DNA from: Candidatus Shapirobacteria bacterium | GTDB taxonomy: Bacteria; Patescibacteriota; Microgenomatia; UBA12405 | Direction of reading: 5' to 3' | Assembly (NCBI GenBank): GCA_041660365.1 | Contig: JBAZWK010000001.1 | Span: 1,524-65,523 of the forward strand | DNA: 64,000 bases | Shown here: positions 1-8,510 of the stretch, in pieces | How positions within the stretch are numbered: position 1 is the first letter of the stretch | Layout of the letters: each line of letters opens with the position of its first letter | The notes under the pieces: generated by a model | Told to the model about the DNA's origin: nothing | Databases searched by the model: none | What the model saw: the letters and a program-made list of their open reading frames with translations, nothing else | Translations under genes and position numbers: made by a program

Positions 1-163
1 CGCCTTCGTTTAATAGCTTCCAAATCTCTTTTTGTTGTTCCTTATTTCCATTGATTAAAACGTGAGTAACGGCCTTGTACATCTCGTCAAAGGTAACCTC
101 TGGTTGTGTTTCCCCTTTCGTGTTTTCTTGTATTATCGACTTTTTTTGTGTTTTCCTTTTCAC
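1..163 (-). CDS. Hypothetical protein, runs off the left edge (MKRKTQKKSIIQENTKGETQPEVTFDEMYKAVTHVL...)
   Basis: Manual translation from GTG at 163; frame open to base 1. Confidence 0.45.
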   Translation of the reverse strand, partial: MKRKTQKKSIIQENTKGETQPEVTFDEMYKAVTHVLINGNKEQQKEIWKLLNEG

Positions 164-180
164 AATTTAAGTTTGATATA

Positions 181-681
181 TTAACTTTGGTTGATCTGTT
201 CAATTGGAAAGATAAATTCATTTAATAGCTTGGTGTATTTTGATTGTAGTTCGGCTGGAATTTGAGGATGAATAAATGGTGAAATGATTCCCTCTTTTTT
301 GACAATATCGCTAGCTTTATCAAAGAAGAAACCCTCAGGAGTTGCGAGAAAAAGATATGACGGTCTCCATGACTCATACATTCTCTTGGCATCAGTAAGA
401 ATTGTACTAGTACTTGGCCTCATTAAATACTTCACTTCAATAAGAAATACATCGTGTGTTTCATTGTTGATGACGGCAAAATCTGGTGCTCGTCGAATAA
501 TTTCCATTGTTTCCTGGGCTTTAATATCATCATGGCGATGAGCTAGTTCTGGAATAATTTGTTCATATCCAAAAGACAAAATAGTGAAACATCCAGCATC
601 ACGGAGCATTTGTTCAAATAGTGTTTCAGCAATTCGACCTTTAACTAAATTCTTTGAGAAATTGATTGGATCATAGTTCAT
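181..681 (-). CDS. PD-(D/E)XK restriction-endonuclease-like protein
   Basis: KGRIAE...APDF...FLIEVKY motif spacing typical of the PD-(D/E)XK fold; TATAAT 6 nt upstream of ATG. Confidence 0.65.
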   Translation of the reverse strand: MNYDPINFSKNLVKGRIAETLFEQMLRDAGCFTILSFGYEQIIPELAHRHDDIKAQETMEIIRRAPDFAVINNETHDVFLIEVKYLMRPSTSTILTDAKRMYESWRPSYLFLATPEGFFFDKASDIVKKEGIISPFIHPQIPAELQSKYTKLLNEFIFPIEQINQS

Positions 682-717
682 AAATCCATTATAGCTCAGA
701 CGATTTTTTTGTGGTTT

Positions 718-855
718 CTAAGTCTTTTTTTTATCTGCTATTTTTGATTGTTCTGTTTCGACCTGTTTGTACTTTTGGTATGCTATTTTGGCTTCCTCTG
801 ATATTTTTTGAGGGGTTTTGCCCTCTGTTGAGATAAGGAACATTAGTCGTTTCAT
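718..855 (-). CDS. Small hypothetical protein, 45 aa (MKRLMFLISTEGKTPQKISEEAKIAYQKYK...)
   Basis: Manual translation; fills the gap between co-oriented genes. Confidence 0.45.
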   Translation of the reverse strand: MKRLMFLISTEGKTPQKISEEAKIAYQKYKQVETEQSKIADKKKT

Positions 856-867
856 AATTTATTTTAA

Positions 868-1236
868 TTATTTTTGTAAGGCTAAAATACTGTCTAATTT
901 TATCTTCCTGTTAGGTGACTCACCGTATTTATTAGTCTTTTCGTTGCCACTTAAATAAAATAATAAAAATAAAACATATAGCCCATATATTGGAATGTAT
1001 ACCGCTAAACCAAACCAACCATTTTTATCGTGGTCGTGTAGTCTTCTAATTGTCAAAGATAAATAATACACTAACAAGACTACGACTAAGGGTATGCTTA
1101 TAAAATTATAAAAAGGTGAAGTACTGTAATTAGGTATAAAACCTATCGGCACACAAATAAGCATAGGTAGCAAAATACCAACCCAAAAATTACCGACACT
1201 TAATCTCCCCTTAAATAAGTTTGATAGATATTCCAT
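868..1236 (-). CDS. DUF805 (YhaH-like) membrane protein
   Basis: FKGRL...FW, SLTIRRLHD.DK.GW and NKYG.SP motifs; likely start MEYL at 1236. Confidence 0.8.
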   Translation of the reverse strand: MEYLSNLFKGRLSVGNFWVGILLPMLICVPIGFIPNYSTSPFYNFISIPLVVVLLVYYLSLTIRRLHDHDKNGWFGLAVYIPIYGLYVLFLLFYLSGNEKTNKYGESPNRKIKLDSILALQK

Positions 1237-1240
1237 AGTA

Positions 1241-1582
1241 TTATTTACCCTCCTTTGATTTATCATTTAACTGGCGATAGGTTAAAACTGATACTAAAAA
1301 GCCAATAAAAGCACTTACATAAGCCATCTTTAAGATAACAGTGTCGCCAAAACCAAACATAACACTAATTATCTGTAAGACAAAATAAGACAAAAACGAC
1401 GCTATAATCCCGACTACCCATGCAATAATAAAGGGCTTGGTTTTATAGTTGGTCAATTTTGTATATATCAACACGGGGATAAAGGGTATTACTACCGTCA
1501 TTAAAAAACCACTCACGCCGATAGCTGTTAATAAGAAAAGGGCGACAAGGCCACTACCTAACGCTATTACTATATTTTTCAT
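1241..1582 (-). CDS. Hypothetical 4-TM membrane protein
   Basis: 113-aa ORF with hydrophobic segments. Confidence 0.65.
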   Translation of the reverse strand: MKNIVIALGSGLVALFLLTAIGVSGFLMTVVIPFIPVLIYTKLTNYKTKPFIIAWVVGIIASFLSYFVLQIISVMFGFGDTVILKMAYVSAFIGFLVSVLTYRQLNDKSKEGK

Positions 1583-1584
1583 AA

Positions 1585-1868
1585 TTATATTTTTGTTTTA
1601 CCCATTAAACGATTAAAGATATACCAAATAATTCCACCTAACAAAAAGATGACGACAAACTCCATAAACACAAAAAAACGCTTTCCGTTCCTATATATTT
1701 AACTGCGTAACCTCCCGCAAGTATTCCTAAAACAACCCATCTAGGGACTAGTTTTAGTTCATGTTTACTACTACTGGACACTTTTATTGTAATAAAATCT
1801 CTAAGCCATCGACCAAATGAAATATGGCCTTGTTTGGTATTTAATAACATTTTGTCTGTTCTATTCAT
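1585..1868 (-). pseudogene. Membrane protein gene frameshifted in a T7 tract
   Basis: One extra T in the tract at 1672-1678 extends the ORF by FVFMEFVVIFLLGGIIWYIFNRLMGKTKI*, ending 2 nt before the next ATG. Confidence 0.55.
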
Positions 1869-2520
1869 GTTTATTATTGTCTAATATATTTGTAATTATT
1901 AAATGGACATGCTTATCAAGGAAATCCTTGGGCATACTTATCTTTAGTTGACCAGTTATATTGGTATCATTAATTATCCCACTTACCTTTTTATTGTCTA
2001 TTAAAAAATTTTCCTGGTTAGGATTTGATGCAAAAATTTGTGTTGTTCCGACTAAAAACTTAGCTGCGTTCTTTTTATTCAACTTTTCTCTTGCTCTAAG
2101 AATCGCAGTAATATGAAGTTTGTCTTTTTCGGCCTTTAGATATTCCCCGTATTTTTGATAAAGTTCTTCCATATACTCCTCTGGAGGAAAAAGATGTTTT
2201 GTAGTGAATATAAAAATATCAAGTAATCCCATTGCTAAGAATATTTTATCTTCAGGCGACTTATTGGATCCTTTAATTCCGTTAAGAACATCAATCAATC
2301 CCATAGTCAAAACTTCCTTAGTAATAAATTTATCCAGTTCAAACTTTTTTGGAAACATTTCTTCAACAATACTGCCGTGTTTTGGCCTTTTAGCATACCC
2401 ATAACACTGCCATAAACTATTATCTAATAGTGGATTCATTGCCGTTCCGGCAAGATAATTAATAAGGTCATTTATATCCGTAGTTTTTGCCTTATCCGTG
2501 TTGTTAATTTGTGTAGTCAT
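1861..2520 (-). CDS. Hypothetical protein
   Basis: 219-aa ORF overlapping the next gene start. Confidence 0.65.
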   Translation of the reverse strand: MTTQINNTDKAKTTDINDLINYLAGTAMNPLLDNSLWQCYGYAKRPKHGSIVEEMFPKKFELDKFITKEVLTMGLIDVLNGIKGSNKSPEDKIFLAMGLLDIFIFTTKHLFPPEEYMEELYQKYGEYLKAEKDKLHITAILRAREKLNKKNAAKFLVGTTQIFASNPNQENFLIDNKKVSGIINDTNITGQLKISMPKDFLDKHVHLIITNILDNNKHE

Positions 2521-2640
2521 CTTTTGTTTATCCTCGACTTTATTATTAGTTTTATTAAGTTGATTATATTACTTTTTCAAGCGAACCATTGACCCGGACT
2601 AAAACCTATTTGTATGAATAACTAATACTAATTAATTTAA

Positions 2641-3081
2641 CTAGTACAGAGAAAAATACAAAATTGGAATCGCTAACCAAGGTAAAAATGCAGATATGTA
2701 ATATAAGGCATTTTTTTTCATTAATTTTGGATCGGTTTTTTTATCATGCTTTATATCCCACAATAAATCTGGCAGTCTTCCAAACATAATTATTATTGTC
2801 GCTATTACAACTCCTATATTCCAAATGCGAAATAGTAAATAAAAAAAGGTGATGTTTAATATTAAAGCAATAATAGTAGTTCGTTTTTGTTGATGTATAT
2901 ATTCTTTATCCTTACCTACAATTGTAATAAATTCTGGTGCTTCTTTTTTTATTCTATTAAGTTCTTGTTGTGGAAATAAACCTCTTATAAAAAGACCTAA
3001 AAGATTTACACTTAAAATCATTAAAATAATGCAAAATGCCACAGATATCAAAATATGTGAAATCATAGTTAATAATAACAC
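2641..3081 (-). CDS. Hypothetical membrane protein
   Basis: About 4 hydrophobic helices; start uncertain. Confidence 0.6.
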   Translation of the reverse strand: MLLLTMISHILISVAFCIILMILSVNLLGLFIRGLFPQQELNRIKKEAPEFITIVGKDKEYIHQQKRTTIIALILNITFFYLLFRIWNIGVVIATIIIMFGRLPDLLWDIKHDKKTDPKLMKKNALYYISAFLPWLAIPILYFSLY

Positions 3082-3290
3082 TCAGTATTTATTACCTAAT
3101 GGAGTTAACTTGGAACTAGATTAAAAATAAATGGAAACAACCAAAAGATTTATTCTTTAGTATCAATCAAACGAAACTATAAGATTAAAAATCAATTCTA
3201 GTATCCAACAACAATACCCATAAATACCAAGTTTTTAATAGTCTCTTAAGAGGTATAATGTTTTATATTTATCACTTAATAAAATAGAAT

Positions 3291-5096
3291 ATGAAATTAA
3301 ATAATTTTAGAATTCAAAATTATAAATCCATAAAAGATAGTGGAGTTTGTTACTTGTCGGAAAATGACAATATTTTAGTTCTTGCAGGACAAAATGAATC
3401 GGGGAAAAGTTCAATTTTACAAGCTTTAGCAGATTTTTATTCAGGGGAATTGCACCCATATGCAATGAGAAAATTTGATTCCACTACATTTTTTCCTTCA
3501 ATGGATTGTACTTTTAATGTGGATGGAGGCAATTTAGATATTAATCAAATACTAAAAGACTTAGCTTTACCAGAAGAAATGGGTGAATATTTTAGAAAGT
3601 TAGATAAATTTATTATTATTAGAGTTTTTACTTCTCAAACAGAATCTATCTTAAGAGTTGACGATGATACTCATAATGAATTTATTACAGCTATCAAAAA
3701 GATTAATGAAAAAACCAGAAAAAATAAACCCCCATCTAAAACAGAAGGACAGGAGAAGGAAGATGGAGGTGAAGGAATCAATGAAATTAAATTAATAGAT
3801 GAAGAATTATCAAAAGAAGATTTGGGTGATATTTTATTTTCTTATACTACAAAAATAATTTTTTTTGATGACTTGAGAAATTTATTACCAGAAAAAATTT
3901 ATATATCAAGCTTAATCAACAATGAAACTGATGTCGATGGTTATATTGCTGTCAAAAATATTGAAACTATTCTTGGTGAAGATTTTACTAAATTTTCAGA
4001 GCTTGAAGATGGAGTTAGGGAATCACGTCGTGAAACATGTAATAGAACTATTACAGCAGATTTTAATGAAAAGTGGAAACAACAAATATTTAGTGATAGC
4101 AAAACAAAAATATCAATTCAATTTAATCAGGGTGGTCAAAGCGACAAAGGTCCATATCTAAACTTTTTTATTGTAACTAAAGAAAATGAATATCTGATTC
4201 CACAACAAAGAAGCCAAGGCTTTAGATGGTTTCTTTCGTTTTATTTAAGACTAAAAGCAGAAAGTAAAGCCAATGATAAATTAATAATTTTATTCGATGA
4301 ACCAGGACTATTTTTACATTCTAAAGCTCAAAATGATATGAAAAACCTTTTTGAAGAATTAGCCCAAAAAGACCAAATAATATATTCTACTCATTCTCCA
4401 TATCTGATTGATTCAGATCATCTAAACAGGGTTAGGTTAATATTAAATGATAAAAATGATGGTACTAAAATTGAAAAAATAACAGCTAAAATATCTGATA
4501 ATCAACAAGATGCCCTCAAACCTATTGCTGATGCTGTAGGACTGGATATTGCTCATTGTTTTTCACTCATATCTAAAAAAAATGTCATAGTAGAAGGAAT
4601 TTCTGATTTTTATTATTTTGTTGCAATGAAAAAAATATTAGAGATAAACGATGACTTTTCATTTATTCCGTCAGTTGGTGCAACTCAGGTTCATCTTTTG
4701 ATGGAACTATGTATTGGTTGGGGTTTGTCTTGGTTAATTATATTTGATGATGATTCACAATCAAATAATGCCTACCGAAACATTAAGAAAAACTTTTTTG
4801 ATAACAAAGAAAATGATGTAAAAAAGAAAATTTATTTAACAAAAGATATTGATGGTATCGAAAACATGTTTGAGTCAGAAGACTTAAATTTAGTTGATTC
4901 ATCAGCAAATTTTAACAATTCAGAAAAAAATTCAGTACATGTTAAAACTGTTGGTGGTAAAGAATTATATTCTCGGTTATTTTTTGAAAAAGTAAATAGC
5001 GGTGAAATCAAAAAAACACAAATTTCAAGAGAAGCCATTGCTAATTTTCAAAAATCATTCGATTTTATACAAACAAATCTAATTTTGTTAAATTAA
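3291..5096 (+). CDS. OLD-family ABC-ATPase + TOPRIM nuclease (putative anti-phage protein)
   Basis: Walker A GQNESGKS, signature SQGFRW, Walker B LFDEPGLFLH, H-loop STHSPY, TOPRIM VEGISD and IFDDD. Confidence 0.85.
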   Translation: MKLNNFRIQNYKSIKDSGVCYLSENDNILVLAGQNESGKSSILQALADFYSGELHPYAMRKFDSTTFFPSMDCTFNVDGGNLDINQILKDLALPEEMGEYFRKLDKFIIIRVFTSQTESILRVDDDTHNEFITAIKKINEKTRKNKPPSKTEGQEKEDGGEGINEIKLIDEELSKEDLGDILFSYTTKIIFFDDLRNLLPEKIYISSLINNETDVDGYIAVKNIETILGEDFTKFSELEDGVRESRRETCNRTITADFNEKWKQQIFSDSKTKISIQFNQGGQSDKGPYLNFFIVTKENEYLIPQQRSQGFRWFLSFYLRLKAESKANDKLIILFDEPGLFLHSKAQNDMKNLFEELAQKDQIIYSTHSPYLIDSDHLNRVRLILNDKNDGTKIEKITAKISDNQQDALKPIADAVGLDIAHCFSLISKKNVIVEGISDFYYFVAMKKILEINDDFSFIPSVGATQVHLLMELCIGWGLSWLIIFDDDSQSNNAYRNIKKNFFDNKENDVKKKIYLTKDIDGIENMFESEDLNLVDSSANFNNSEKNSVHVKTVGGKELYSRLFFEKVNSGEIKKTQISREAIANFQKSFDFIQTNLILLN

Positions 5097-5311
5097 AACT
5101 TAAACAGTTCCCAAAGTTCAATATTCAATGCTTCAGCTATTCTTGCAATTGTTTTAATTGTCGGTTTTCTTTCTGCCCTCTCAATATACCCAATGAATGC
5201 ACGATTCAAACCAGTATCTAACGCAATATCTTCCTGAGTAAGGTTTTTTTCACCCCTTAGTTTTACAATCTTTTTACCTAAATTTTTATAAATTAGTTCC
5301 GTGTCAATCAC
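5093..5311 (-). CDS. XRE/Cro-C1 HTH regulator (C-protein-like)
   Basis: LRGEKNLTQEDIA...RAFIGYIERAERKPTIKTIARIAEAL. Confidence 0.9.
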   Translation of the reverse strand: MIDTELIYKNLGKKIVKLRGEKNLTQEDIALDTGLNRAFIGYIERAERKPTIKTIARIAEALNIELWELFKF

Positions 5312-5333
5312 AATAGAATTTTCCCTAAATACT

Positions 5334-5363
5334 GACCCTTGGTCGACTTACTGGTGGTATACT
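5334..5363 (+). promoter_or_regulatory. Putative XRE operator (GACC-ctt-GGTC, GACT) next to an extended -10 (TGgTATACT)
   Basis: Palindrome between the divergent XRE gene and the cargo operon. Confidence 0.4.
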
Positions 5364-5372
5364 TTGTTCAAC

Positions 5373-5642
5373 ATGAAAGATAAACTACTTTCGATTGATA
5401 ACTCTCTTTTGGAATTGGCACGTTTTATTGTTATGTTATTTTTAATAGCTTTAGTTTTTGGAATAGGGTTCATTTTAATGGTTTTTAGTGCATTTAGTGC
5501 AGCTCCAATAATATGGATTTTTATGGGTGGCTTTACTAATACCTGGTTTTTATTTCCTTTTAGTATCCTTAGTATTTATCTATTTAGAGTTTGGATTAAA
5601 ATAAGCCCAAAAATAATAGAAATAATAAACCCAAAAAAATAA
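5373..5642 (+). CDS. Hypothetical membrane protein
   Basis: Likely start MKDK at 5373; hydrophobic. Confidence 0.6.
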   Translation: MKDKLLSIDNSLLELARFIVMLFLIALVFGIGFILMVFSAFSAAPIIWIFMGGFTNTWFLFPFSILSIYLFRVWIKISPKIIEIINPKK

Positions 5643-5643
5643 A

Positions 5644-6615
5644 ATGAAAAAATTCTTAAAAGTTCTATTTGTTTTAATAATGATTGTGGTTATTTCAATT
5701 GGAGCTTATTTAACTTATAAAGGAATTTCATATGCCAAAACTAAAACCAGTGATTTTATTGTCGATGAGGCAAACATTTTAGATGACAGAACTAAACAAT
5801 ATATCATTAGTATGATTGATGCTGGAGGTTACAAGGGAAAAATTGGTGTTGTGATTACTAAATCAACCAAACCACTAACTATAAAGGAATATGCCACTAA
5901 AATTGATCTTAATTGGGTAATGGAGAAAAACTTTTCAAGAAACGGAGTGATTATTTTTTACGCTGTTGATGACCCTAATTTTTTGGTTCAACATAGTTTA
6001 ACTTCAAATAGTTTAATAAATTTAGATCAGGCACAAAAAATAATTGAAATATCGACATCTTTTATAAGGAACAGTCAAAACAGTGAGGCAATAGTTCAAG
6101 GAGTAAAAGCAACAATAGACTTAGCTTCTGGAAAAGAATTATCTCCAATTCCAACATCAGTTCCCGAGACAACTCCTACTTCTACCTCGACTCCTACAAA
6201 AACAGGTAAACAACCACTTCCTGTATTGAAAGGAAGTAGTATTTTTAGTTTTGTAAATCAATATCGAGCAAGCAAAGGTTTACCTTTTCTCTCAGTATCA
6301 GATGAATTATGTAAACTCGCCGAAAAAAGAGCCGATCTAATGATGGCGAACAATATGGAGGCATTCAAAAAAAGTGGTACTGGCAATCATTATCAATTTG
6401 ATGATGTTCAATATTCAGGTAATGGAGTCGGTGAAAATATAGCAGCTAACTTAGGAAGAGATAAAGATGTAGTTGAGAAATGGAAAACATCACCACCCCA
6501 CAATGAATTAATGCTTTGGACAGAAAAAGAAGGAACTCAAATAACTAAAGGGTGTGTCGCGACTAGAGTGTCAGAGGTCGGATCAATTGTTGTATTATTA
6601 GTTGGAGACAAATAA
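5644..6615 (+). CDS. Membrane-anchored TPM-domain + CAP/SCP-domain fusion protein
   Basis: N-terminal TM; IVDEANIL...NGVIIFYAVDD (TPM); P/T linker; VNQYRASKGL...GENIA...WKTSPPH (CAP). Confidence 0.75.
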   Translation: MKKFLKVLFVLIMIVVISIGAYLTYKGISYAKTKTSDFIVDEANILDDRTKQYIISMIDAGGYKGKIGVVITKSTKPLTIKEYATKIDLNWVMEKNFSRNGVIIFYAVDDPNFLVQHSLTSNSLINLDQAQKIIEISTSFIRNSQNSEAIVQGVKATIDLASGKELSPIPTSVPETTPTSTSTPTKTGKQPLPVLKGSSIFSFVNQYRASKGLPFLSVSDELCKLAEKRADLMMANNMEAFKKSGTGNHYQFDDVQYSGNGVGENIAANLGRDKDVVEKWKTSPPHNELMLWTEKEGTQITKGCVATRVSEVGSIVVLLVGDK

Positions 6616-6627
6616 ATTCAAATAATA

Positions 6628-7086
6628 ATGGGGCAAGATAATGAATATTTAATTAATACGGAAAATATCAAGGTCAGAACCGATTTGGTGGCAAAAATTG
6701 TCATAATTGGAGTTGTTTTATGGATAGTAATGAAATTATTAATTGGCTATTTTGGTAATAATGAGATTGGAAGTTTTTTTGAAAAAAGTAACTACACTAC
6801 TCAATACTGGGTATATCTGCAACCAGAAAATACTCAAACAAAAAATTACAGAATAAAAGCAGATATTCATCATTATGTAGAACCAGGAGATGAAGATTAT
6901 AGTGGTGGAGATAGATATGTTTTGGAAAAAGTTTATTGGGAAAATGGAGGACACTCAGATTTTGATGACTGTGAAATCAGTGATTCTATTTTAAGTAAGA
7001 ATGACAAAAACAATTACACTAACTGTTTTGATGATAATCACAATTACTACAAAATAAGATTGGATGAAAAAGTAAATGAAAAATAA
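6628..7086 (+). CDS. Hypothetical protein with one TM helix
   Basis: 152-aa ORF in operon. Confidence 0.65.
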   Translation: MGQDNEYLINTENIKVRTDLVAKIVIIGVVLWIVMKLLIGYFGNNEIGSFFEKSNYTTQYWVYLQPENTQTKNYRIKADIHHYVEPGDEDYSGGDRYVLEKVYWENGGHSDFDDCEISDSILSKNDKNNYTNCFDDNHNYYKIRLDEKVNEK

Positions 7087-8077
7087 AACAAAAAAAATTT
7101 CCAACAAAATAAAACTAGCAATTCCTCTTGTATTAATTCTTTCAATCTTAATAGTATTCTTTGGCAATAATAGTTCTAATAATTCAAATAGAGGCGTACC
7201 AGAGGCGTTATCAGAGGACCCAGGACGTGCAAACTCGTGTGAAACTGATATTGTTAAGGCCTTCGATAAAAATGGAACATTAAAAGTTTCAAATCAGGTT
7301 CAAAACACAAAATTAAGTTGGAAAGATAAAAAATATGAGACTTTTGTTTTAGACTGCCCAAACGAAGAAGAGTCTTTTAATAAAGTTTTTATTTTGAAAA
7401 ACAGTGAAGGCAAAATAATCTTTTCAATGACAGACGAAAGATTTGATAAAGCCGAAATCAAAGATATTAATAAAGATGACATTGCTGAGTTAGTAGTAGC
7501 TCATGGGAATAGTGGAAATTGTTTCAACTGCCAAGGTCAATCAGTTTTCCAAATAATTAATGACACAGTAAAGGATTTATTATCAAATTTACCAAAATCT
7601 GAAGGTTCAGAACATGCCAATGTTTGGCTATCAGATATTAATAATGATGGGATTGAAGACATAATGCTTAGAGATGATAGTTGGGAAATGCACGAAGGAT
7701 TTTTTCATTCAAATTCACCGAGTCATACTCAAATACTTACTTGGAATAATGGCGAATACCAACAAGGTGGTGAAATGTTTTCAAAATATTATCTCAATCA
7801 AATTAGTGAGAGAAACAAGGAAGTTACAAAACTCTTAAAAAGCAAAAATACTGGATTGAATGACATTGTCAGCTTGGCAATAGAAAATTATTGGGACTCT
7901 CAAGAGATAGGTAGGAACGATGAAGGCTACGCCAATTTTATTCTTCAAACAAATTTAGAAACTCTTCCAAAAACAATCGCAATTAATGACAGTGATAAAA
8001 TCTGGCTTTTGGGAATTAGAAATGAAATCGAGAAAGAATACAAAGAAGCCAGACCAACAATAACACCATTGTATTAA
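7076..8077 (+). CDS. Membrane-anchored protein with FG-GAP/VCBS-like DxNxDG motifs
   Basis: DINKDDIAEL and DINNDGIEDI motifs; N-terminal TM. Confidence 0.65.
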   Translation: MKNKTKKISNKIKLAIPLVLILSILIVFFGNNSSNNSNRGVPEALSEDPGRANSCETDIVKAFDKNGTLKVSNQVQNTKLSWKDKKYETFVLDCPNEEESFNKVFILKNSEGKIIFSMTDERFDKAEIKDINKDDIAELVVAHGNSGNCFNCQGQSVFQIINDTVKDLLSNLPKSEGSEHANVWLSDINNDGIEDIMLRDDSWEMHEGFFHSNSPSHTQILTWNNGEYQQGGEMFSKYYLNQISERNKEVTKLLKSKNTGLNDIVSLAIENYWDSQEIGRNDEGYANFILQTNLETLPKTIAINDSDKIWLLGIRNEIEKEYKEARPTITPLY

Positions 8078-8510
8078 GACCCCTCGGTAAAATTTGAAAA
8101 ACGGACTCGGCTAACGATTCTTTAACAATATTTATGAGCAAGCACCCACTTGTAATGGCGTCATTAAAAACCCATCTTTCCATCAAATGTTTACTTTTCG
8201 ATATGATTAAATTAACTACTCAATATCCTGATTATCATCAGCAATAGAGCCATAATCATAATGTAATTTAGAGTTTTATAGTTTATTTTTGTGTTTTTTT
8301 TCATTTTTTTTACGGTTTAAGAGATATTTGAACCCCTCGATATTTTTTTATTTTTTTTAATGGCTTCATGATTTTTTCTGGGAGTCACTCCCCCTTTTTT
8401 GAGCTACAGATACGGCTTTGAGTAACCATTGGCTGTAGCTCTCGGAAGCACTTCCTTTTAGTTACACCATCACTCCTGAGTTAATGACACAGTGAAAAAG
8501 TCCAGGCATA

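Noticed and set aside
868-3120. Integron cassette array for the run of small co-oriented genes
   Set aside because: No convincing attC sites (paired RYYYAAC/GTTRRRY boxes) and no integron integrase; several genes overlap directly.
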